Below, one piece after another: positions 9,848-16,271 of a stretch of 64,000 nt of DNA; position 1 is the first letter of the stretch, and each line of letters starts with the position of its first letter. The position numbers were made by a program, and so were the translations under genes. Under the pieces are notes generated by a model that saw only the letters and a list, made by a program, of their open reading frames with translations, had not been told where the DNA came from and ran no database searches. Source of the DNA: Candidatus Woesearchaeota archaeon. Lineage in GTDB: Archaea > Nanobdellota > Nanobdellia > Pacearchaeales > GW2011-AR1. Location: positions 7,653-71,652 of the forward strand of contig CAYTHI010000002.1 of the NCBI GenBank assembly GCA_964437555.1. Reading direction: 5' to 3'.

Positions 9848-10813
9848 TCATAACTCCCTTATTTCTTCCAATAACTTCATCTTCGCAACAAAAAATCCCT
9901 CTGAATCATTATCCTGCGGATAAATCCTGCATGATTTATCAACATTGCTATCAAACCTTTCATCATTCCATTCTTTAACTCCTGCTCTGCATTTCAAGGG
10001 CAATATTATTTTCTCAATCTCAACAGGAAAATTCCTCAAAGCAAAGTCAATCACAGCTTCATTTTCTTCAGGAGAATGCGTGCAAGTGCTATAAACTAAT
10101 TCTCCTCCGACTTTTAAGCATTTTAAAGCATTTGCAATTAATTTTTTCTGCATCCTTCCCATATTTTTTACAGCATTAATATTCCACATTAAAAAAGTCT
10201 TTGAGCTACTCCTCAAAGTTCCCTCGCCGGAACACGGAGCATCTAATAAGATTTTATCAAATTTAAAGTCGCTTTGGGCAAGCCGCACGCACAAGCCAAC
10301 CGCATCATTCCTAGTTACAATACAATTAGTAACTCCGCATCTCTCTAAATTGGCATTCAATATTTTTATTCTGTCTATAGAAAGGTCATTGGCAATTAAA
10401 GTTCCTTGATTTTCCATTGTCGCGGCAATTTGAGTAGCTTTTGAGCCAGGAGACGCGCATAAATCAAGAACAAAATCTCCTGCCTGCGGATTTAAAGCAA
10501 GAACACTCATCATGCTTGAAATCTCCTGAATATAATAATAGCCAAGCAAATGCTCAATTGCATTTCCTAATTCCCCGGGCATCAGCTCCTGATCAACTAA
10601 AATTATTTCCTTATGATTAGCAAATGGTCTTTTAACATTCCATTTTTTGCCCAATCTGTTAAAAAGCTTATCTGCATCAATCTTCAAAATATTGCACCTT
10701 ATGAAATTGCGGGGGCTTTTATGTATTATTTTTTCAAAAGCATCAAAATCCCTGCTATCAACAAGCAATTTTTTCATCCTTTCTTCAAATAAAGGCTTCA
10801 TTTCAGGTTTCAT
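9848..10813 (-). CDS. NOL1/NOP2/Sun-family RNA cytosine-C5 methyltransferase
   Basis: Motifs FVLDLCASPGSKATQ (SAM binding) and LLDAPCSGEGTLR (catalytic Cys pair region) typical of the Nop2/Sun family. Confidence 0.8.
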   Translation of the reverse strand: MKPEMKPLFEERMKKLLVDSRDFDAFEKIIHKSPRNFIRCNILKIDADKLFNRLGKKWNVKRPFANHKEIILVDQELMPGELGNAIEHLLGYYYIQEISSMMSVLALNPQAGDFVLDLCASPGSKATQIAATMENQGTLIANDLSIDRIKILNANLERCGVTNCIVTRNDAVGLCVRLAQSDFKFDKILLDAPCSGEGTLRSSSKTFLMWNINAVKNMGRMQKKLIANALKCLKVGGELVYSTCTHSPEENEAVIDFALRNFPVEIEKIILPLKCRAGVKEWNDERFDSNVDKSCRIYPQDNDSEGFFVAKMKLLEEIREL

Positions 10814-10891
10814 AAGTTTAAGAGAAATCCAGTAGTTTTAAAGGCTTGCAAGTCAGAAACATTATTATATTAAATAAAATTAATCATTGCA

Positions 10892-12655
10892 ATGAAACTA
10901 AAAAGAGGGATAATAATTGCTATAATCCTTATTGCAATAATCATTGCGTTTGTATTATACAAAAAAGAAATACTGCAATTTGGGGAAGACAATGAAAAAA
11001 GCAATTACATTCCAGGCCAGGCATCTATCGGATATATAGGATGCTCAAACACAAGAGAAACAGTTGAAGGCTATCACAGAGTAGGCGGAGGAGACATGTG
11101 GGATTATGATAAAAGATATGATTCAGGCGCTGTTAAAGACTGGGCGCTGGATGCAGAGCCGGAAAAAAGATATTGGAATGTCTTTGATGAGCTTCTTGAA
11201 GAAAATCCGAAAACTAAATTTATATGGTGGGAGCTCTGCATACGCGATGATGAAAGGGAAACAAATTATGAGCAAGCCCAGATTATTTTAAATGAAATCA
11301 GGCAGCGAATTCCTGATGCAGTAATTTATGTCTCTGCACTGGCAGATTATACAGAGGGGGTGTGCGAAATAACAGGCACATTCGGGATAGAAAAAGCAAA
11401 AGAATTAGTCCGGGAATTAGAAAATAATAACGCTGATGTATTTCCAGGCCCTGTGCTTGGCCCTATGGCTCCAATTGATACTGCAAAAGACGGCTGCCAT
11501 CTAAGCAGCCCTGATGGAAAAAGAAAATTAGGAAACCAGATGAAAAAATTCTTTGATAATGAAATGAAAACAGATGATAATGAGCTTTCCTTTGAGGAAA
11601 AAGTCTGGCAGCAGAGAATTGACGCTGCTGTTGCTCCTGTAAATTGCCCTGCAGCAACTCGAAGAACATATCCTCAAGGATATTATGCGGAAAAATTGAT
11701 TGATACTCATTTTCATATTGCTAACATTCCTGATTCAACGCCAAGGGAATTTGAAAAAGGATATCAGGAAGAAAGCGAGCATCCGAGATTAGGAAAAGAT
11801 ATTAGCATCGCAGATATTGTCTGCACTTTAGAGCATGAAGGAACAGCAAAGGCTCTCGGCTTCTTCCCCTTGTATAGGGAAATCCAAGAACAAATGGCTC
11901 AAGTTGTATATGAAACAATGCAAAAATACCCTGACAAATTTATTCCATTTATCATGCCTCCTGATAATGATGGCAGCCCTGATGGATTTCCAACAGTAGA
12001 AGCACAAACCTTGCAGGAAATGCTCAATATTTATCCTGGCTTGTTTGAAGGATACGGAGAAATTGGCTTATATGCGCGGGGAGACAATGGAGGCCCGACA
12101 GGCGCCCCAGAGCTCCCTCCAGACTCTCAAAGGCTTGCTGATATTTATCCAATAATCAGAGAAAATAATTTAGTTATTTACTTTCATTTAGGAGAAGGGC
12201 AAAAGGAAAGTTTTGAAACAGCCTTGACAGCAAATCCTGATATTAATTTCATCTGGCATGGAGACCAATTAATCCCATATGAAAATGGCATTCAAAACTT
12301 AGAGCATATTGATGATATTTTAAGCAATCATCCAAATGCATATTACGGAATAGATGAATTATATGGAGACATCTGGCTTCTCCGCCCTGAAGTCAGCAAG
12401 GAAGAATTTTTAGCGCATTTTGAAAATCAGGAAGAATTATTGGAAAAAGACCTTGCTACATGGAAAAATTTTATAGACTCCCATCCTAATCAGGTATTAT
12501 GGGGAACAGACAGGGGATGGAGTTCCAAATGGTCAATAGATAAAGATGTCGGAATAACATTATCTGATTACACCCGCGCTTTCATCGGCAGGCTCTCCCC
12601 AGATGTTCAGGAAAAATTCGCCTACAAAAATGCCGAGAGATTGTTTGGCGAATAA
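10892..12655 (+). CDS. Membrane-anchored two-domain protein with a C-terminal amidohydrolase-2/TIM-barrel metal-dependent hydrolase-like domain
   Basis: N-terminal TM helix (IIIAIILIAIIIAFVLY); DTHFHIAN and C-terminal LWGTDRGW motifs resemble amidohydrolase_2 family proteins. Confidence 0.5.
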   Translation: MKLKRGIIIAIILIAIIIAFVLYKKEILQFGEDNEKSNYIPGQASIGYIGCSNTRETVEGYHRVGGGDMWDYDKRYDSGAVKDWALDAEPEKRYWNVFDELLEENPKTKFIWWELCIRDDERETNYEQAQIILNEIRQRIPDAVIYVSALADYTEGVCEITGTFGIEKAKELVRELENNNADVFPGPVLGPMAPIDTAKDGCHLSSPDGKRKLGNQMKKFFDNEMKTDDNELSFEEKVWQQRIDAAVAPVNCPAATRRTYPQGYYAEKLIDTHFHIANIPDSTPREFEKGYQEESEHPRLGKDISIADIVCTLEHEGTAKALGFFPLYREIQEQMAQVVYETMQKYPDKFIPFIMPPDNDGSPDGFPTVEAQTLQEMLNIYPGLFEGYGEIGLYARGDNGGPTGAPELPPDSQRLADIYPIIRENNLVIYFHLGEGQKESFETALTANPDINFIWHGDQLIPYENGIQNLEHIDDILSNHPNAYYGIDELYGDIWLLRPEVSKEEFLAHFENQEELLEKDLATWKNFIDSHPNQVLWGTDRGWSSKWSIDKDVGITLSDYTRAFIGRLSPDVQEKFAYKNAERLFGE

Positions 12656-12670
12656 TTAATTAAATAAAAA

Positions 12671-12813
12671 TTTGGGCGGAGAAACCTGCAAGGTTTCGGA
12701 ACCGTTAAATTCCTGTTAATTGCCCCGAGCCGATAGGCGAGAGCGCAGCGTGGTCGAGGCAAAGCCGAAGAAGTTTTCAAAAATCCGTCATCAAGGGCGA
12801 AGCCCCATAAATT
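12671..12813 (+). repeat. GC-rich ~145-nt element, copy 1 (core GGGCGGAGAAACCTGCAAGGTTTCGGAACCG), lying ~100 nt upstream of gene 12911
   Basis: About 80% identity over the first ~50 nt with copy 2 at 14080-14228; local GC clearly above the window background; contains short hairpins (AAACCT-GCA-AGGTTT; GGTT-TCGG-AACC). Confidence 0.6.
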
Positions 12814-12823
12814 CAAATGTTTT

Positions 12824-12838
12824 AGAGGGGGAACTTTT
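12824..12838. repeat. Left arm (AGAGGGGGAACTTTT) of a 15-bp perfect inverted repeat bracketing gene 12911..13885
   Basis: Exact reverse complement of AAAAGTTCCCCCTCT at 13925-13939; ATGTTTT occurs on the outer side of both arms. Confidence 0.6.
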
Positions 12839-12910
12839 TATTTTTAATAGTCATTTAGGGGTAGTAAAATTATAGAAAGCTTTATAAAGTATCAGTTAAT
12901 TCAAATACTT

Positions 12911-13885
12911 ATGGAATTAGAGATTATTACAGAAAGAGAATCAAGCCCGTTTAGAAATATCTTTCCTGAAATATCTGAACATTCAAATGGTAGAAGGTAT
13001 GGACAAGACCTGAAAAAAATGGAACAAGTTATGGGCGAATTCTTAGATTCATTACACTTACCGAGAGATTCACGAACTTTAGAGATTGGAGCAGGACATG
13101 GGCAAGAACCATCTAAAGCACTTCTTGCATTAGGAGCGAAACCAGCGACATTAGATGCTGATTGGAATGAGTATTGTAAAGGAACTATTCCAACAACTAA
13201 GGATTTAGATAGAATTGGAGAAGCACAATTATATCCTATGTTGGCTGGTCAAAATGGCGTAAATCATTATCTTGGTGATGTTGCTTTCATTGGAGATGGA
13301 AGAAGCCAATTGAAAAATGAACGATTTGATTTGCTTTTTTATTGGGGGAGTATTCATGGAACTGATTTTTGTTCTTCAGTTCAGCAAAGTAGAACATCAA
13401 AATATGATTTCAAAAGAGATGTTCCATTAAAGGATAGGTTGGTTGCTCCAATTGGTAATGTAGAAAATAGTATGGCTTATGTTTCTGGATTTTTCAACAG
13501 AACAGGAGACCCGCATATGACACCAAAAAATATCATTGCTTTCAACGGCGATATGGTAGATACTGCATTGTTGTGGGCAAATTATGAGAACAGACAGCCA
13601 CACAGGGTTTTGGTTTTTGGTTTATCGCCTGATTTTGCATTTGAATATGTAAGGGGTGTCGGAGACGAATCTTTAATTGATAAACCAACAGACGCCGAAT
13701 ACAGAGAAGCCGTTGATAATGATACCATTGAAAAATTCATGGCAAATCATTGGTCAATGTTTTCTGACTACAAAGCAAAAGATAGTTCAGCGTATAGAAA
13801 AGCTTTGGAAGTCTTTTCTCCAGCACAGCAAAAAGCAATAAGTGATTTGGGTTTGGTGGATTGTGTTGCTGTGCAGTATAAATAA
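12911..13885 (+). CDS. Rossmann-fold methyltransferase-like protein (hypothetical)
   Basis: 324 aa; TLEIGAGHGQEP resembles SAM-MTase motif I and FDLLFYWG a post-II motif; codon usage slightly atypical for the window. Confidence 0.5.
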   Translation: MELEIITERESSPFRNIFPEISEHSNGRRYGQDLKKMEQVMGEFLDSLHLPRDSRTLEIGAGHGQEPSKALLALGAKPATLDADWNEYCKGTIPTTKDLDRIGEAQLYPMLAGQNGVNHYLGDVAFIGDGRSQLKNERFDLLFYWGSIHGTDFCSSVQQSRTSKYDFKRDVPLKDRLVAPIGNVENSMAYVSGFFNRTGDPHMTPKNIIAFNGDMVDTALLWANYENRQPHRVLVFGLSPDFAFEYVRGVGDESLIDKPTDAEYREAVDNDTIEKFMANHWSMFSDYKAKDSSAYRKALEVFSPAQQKAISDLGLVDCVAVQYK

Positions 13886-13904
13886 TTTCTTTTTTGCAGA
13901 AAAA

Positions 13905-13951
13905 GACTATCTGTCCGCAGCACTAAAAGTTCCCCCTCTTTCTATGTTTTA
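13905..13951 (+). repeat. Dispersed repeat family, copy A (AGACTATCTGTCCG ... CCCTCTTTCTATGTTTTA)
   Basis: Shares AGACTATyTGTCCG with copies D and B, and CCCTCT..CTTTCTATGTTTTA with copy C at 43826-43861. Confidence 0.55.
13925..13939. repeat. Right arm (AAAAGTTCCCCCTCT) of the 15-bp inverted repeat
   Basis: Perfect reverse complement of 12824-12838, 1.1 kb away. Confidence 0.6.
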
Positions 13952-14079
13952 GGATTTTTGAAAATTGCAATTAACATATGCGATTAAGCGACCTGAAAGG
14001 CTCGAGTGTAGAAATTTTTCCCTCGTGAAACAGAGCTGGAAAAATTGCGGAACGCTCGAGTGTTTTTGCGTAGCAAAAA

Positions 14080-14228
14080 TATGGGTGGAAAAACCTGCAA
14101 GGTTTTGGAACCGCTTAATCTGCTGTTCATTTCTCCCGAATACTTGTAGGGATTACATTTTAGTGCAACGATGCCGAAGGCAAAAATGTAAAGTTAAATC
14201 GGACTTTGGGATGGTGGGACACCATTGA
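14080..14228 (+). repeat. GC-rich ~150-nt element, copy 2 (core GGGTGGAAAAACCTGCAAGGTTTTGGAACCGC), ~135 nt upstream of gene 14364
   Basis: Paralog of 12671-12813 in the same orientation; the 87-aa ORF 13965..14228 overlapping it is probably spurious. Confidence 0.6.
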
Positions 14229-14261
14229 GTTTTATGTATTAGAGGATTCGCCGTCTTTTTG

Positions 14262-14322
14262 CTTCTTTTTTTCTAAAAAAGAAGTTTGAGATGGGGCTTT
14301 TGCCTTCTTTTTCTAAAAGAAG
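14262..14322 (+). promoter_or_regulatory. Two tandem perfect hairpins (CTTCTTTTTT-TCT-AAAAAAGAAG, then CTTCTTTT-TCT-AAAAGAAG) with T-tracts, directly upstream of gene 14364
   Basis: Perfect 10-bp and 8-bp stems with identical TCT loops, each preceded by TTTTGC; candidate terminator or regulatory structure. Confidence 0.5.
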
Positions 14323-14363
14323 TTTTAGTAAGATATTTAAATAAGTAAACTAATTTTCTTATA

Positions 14364-15083
14364 ATGGACAAATCAAAATATAGTGTTGAAGAAATTATTT
14401 TTAAAAAGTGCCCTATATGCAAAAAAGGAAAAGTAGAAAAATTAGCACCAAGGGGTTTTTTTAGTTTCGCTAAATCTACTAAAATGATTTGTAATAAATG
14501 TTTAGCACAATTCTCTGAAGATGAAGAATATCAAGAGGAACCAACTTACATATTGGATTTATCTGAATCTAATGAAAAGAATAAATATGAAGGTGAAACA
14601 TTAAAGAAAAGTGAATGGGAAAGAGGTATTTCTGATTTGGATTTATGCGTAAAAACAAATAACTTACCAAAAGCAAGTGTAGTCGGTTTGAAAATTATAC
14701 TAAAGCCAGGAGAACAAGCCCATTGGTATTCTTCTTCAAAACTTATGGAAGAAAGAGCAATAAGACGTTCACATGGTGGAGCTGTAAGGGTAATGAAAGG
14801 TGTATATATTGGAGGAAGCCAATCAGAATCTCATGGAGAATTAAGAACAATAGATAATGGGGGATTATTACTCACAAATCAAAGATTAATTTTTAATGGC
14901 GGATTCAAAAATATAGAATATCCTCTTAGTAAAATTGTTTCTGTAGAAGAATATAAAGATTCAATAGAAATAGGTTCAACTAACAGACAGAAAGTTCAGT
15001 TATATGTAGTTCAAGAACCACATAAATGGGCGACATTTGTTAAAATGGCTGTTCAAATGTCCCATAATGTAAAGAAAAAATAA
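14364..15083 (+). CDS. Zn-ribbon plus bacterial-PH (bPH/GRAM-like) domain protein
   Basis: N-terminal CPICKKG...CNKC zinc ribbon; C-terminal GGLLLTNQRLIF motif typical of bPH_2/YdbT-like PH domains. Confidence 0.55.
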   Translation: MDKSKYSVEEIIFKKCPICKKGKVEKLAPRGFFSFAKSTKMICNKCLAQFSEDEEYQEEPTYILDLSESNEKNKYEGETLKKSEWERGISDLDLCVKTNNLPKASVVGLKIILKPGEQAHWYSSSKLMEERAIRRSHGGAVRVMKGVYIGGSQSESHGELRTIDNGGLLLTNQRLIFNGGFKNIEYPLSKIVSVEEYKDSIEIGSTNRQKVQLYVVQEPHKWATFVKMAVQMSHNVKKK

Positions 15084-15101
15084 TTCTTAAAATTCATTTC
15101 G

Positions 15102-15134
15102 GCGAAGCAGACTATTTGTCCGAAGGACGCCCCC
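15102..15134 (+). repeat. Dispersed repeat family, copy D (GCGAAGCAGACTATTTGTCCGAAGGACGCCCCC)
   Basis: A 19-nt identical core (GCGAAGCAGACTATTTGTC) with copy B; contains the GTCC-GAA-GGAC hairpin. Confidence 0.55.
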
Positions 15135-15257
15135 ATCTCAAGAAAAAAAACTGAAAAATATTTGGGTGTAACGAAGTGAAACCTTTTATCGTTTGTTAGA
15201 TGAAGTGCGAAGCATTTCATAGCCGTTTTTTGGTCCGATAAAAGAAGTATTTTTCTG

Positions 15258-15299
15258 TTTTTACTTTCTGCGAAGCAGACTATTTGTCGCGAAGCGACC
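15258..15299 (+). repeat. Dispersed repeat family, copy B (GTTTTTACTTTCTGCGAAGCAGACTATTTGTCGCGAAGCGACC)
   Basis: Shares its left half with copy C (43826-43861) and its right half with copy D; contains the CTGC-GAA-GCAG and GTCGC-GAA-GCGAC hairpins. Confidence 0.55.
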
Positions 15300-15451
15300 G
15301 AGGCGACTCGCATTTGACAACAATTTCTACTATTGGGTGGGAGAGAATTTTTAATTTGGATGCAATCTGGGAACATAAAGTTATCCCAAGTAGAGTTGGG
15401 ATAACATGCCTAAATACGCATTATCATAAATTATAAATACAATACCATCTA

Positions 15452-16270
15452 ATGCAAAGCATGCAAAAAGAAGAACACCTTAAAAGGCTAAGGCAGGAGC
15501 TTGAGATAAGGAATTTTTCTAAGGAAACAATAAAATCCTACTTAAGTTCAGTCAATAAATTCCTTGATTATTCTAATGGCAATGAAATGAGCCAGCAAAA
15601 AGTCAAAGATTACATACAATCAAGAATAAGCAATAAAAATCCATCTACAATAAGGCAGGGCATATTCGCAATTCAGTTCTTTTTTGATAAGGTTTTAGGC
15701 CAGAAAATATACATTCCAAGGCCTAAAAAGAACAAAACTCTCCCTGAAATACTTACTCTTGAAGAAGCAAAAAAGCTTGTGAATGCTCCTTTAAACCCAA
15801 AACATCAGCTAATATTAAAAATTTTGTACGGATGCGGCTTACGTGTAAGTGAAGTTATAAGTTTGATGAAAAAAGACATTAATTTAGATGAAAGTATGAT
15901 TCACATAAGAATGGCAAAAGGAAAAAAGGACAGGTTCGTAAAAATTCCTGAAAGCGTAAAAGAAGAGTTAGAGCATTATGCGGTTCTTAACAAAGAAGAA
16001 CTCTTATTCCCCTCGCAAAGAGGCGGAAAGCTTACAACAGCAGGAATTCAGGCAATAGTTGAAAAATCAGCCAAAAAAACAGGAATAAAAAAAGATGTTT
16101 ATCCGCACCTGCTAAGGCATAGTTTTGCAACCCATCTCCTTGAGCAGGGCACAGACTTAAGAATAATCCAAAAATTATTAGGGCATTCAGATATCAGAAC
16201 TACACAAATGTATCTTCAGATTTCACAGCAATCTATAAAAAACATAAGAAGCCCCTTAGACAGCAAATAA
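15452..16270 (+). CDS. xerA: Tyrosine site-specific recombinase, XerA/XerCD-like
   Basis: 272 aa; C-terminal LLRHSFATHLLEQGTDLRIIQKLLGHSDIRTTQMYLQI contains the R..H..R..Y catalytic signature of tyrosine recombinases. Confidence 0.85.
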   Translation: MQSMQKEEHLKRLRQELEIRNFSKETIKSYLSSVNKFLDYSNGNEMSQQKVKDYIQSRISNKNPSTIRQGIFAIQFFFDKVLGQKIYIPRPKKNKTLPEILTLEEAKKLVNAPLNPKHQLILKILYGCGLRVSEVISLMKKDINLDESMIHIRMAKGKKDRFVKIPESVKEELEHYAVLNKEELLFPSQRGGKLTTAGIQAIVEKSAKKTGIKKDVYPHLLRHSFATHLLEQGTDLRIIQKLLGHSDIRTTQMYLQISQQSIKNIRSPLDSK

Positions 16271-16271
16271 A

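Noticed and set aside
12819-13951. Possibility that the 15-bp inverted repeat is a chance occurrence
   Set aside because: Not accepted as chance. The expected number of exact 15-mer inverted pairs within 1.1 kb in a 64-kb window is about 0.07, and lower for a GC-rich 15-mer in AT-rich DNA. It is kept as a finding with caveats.
13965-14228. 87-aa ORF (MQLTYAIKRPERLECRNF...)
   Set aside because: It coincides with GC-rich repeat copy 2 and the internal GCTCGAGTGT duplication, and its Cys/Arg-rich product is odd. More likely non-coding.
15053-15376. 107-aa minus-strand ORF between the bPH gene and xerA
   Set aside because: Its reading frame is built from repeat copies D and B, which give it the duplicated QIVCFAE peptide, and it overlaps the 3' end of gene 14364..15083. 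Judged spurious.
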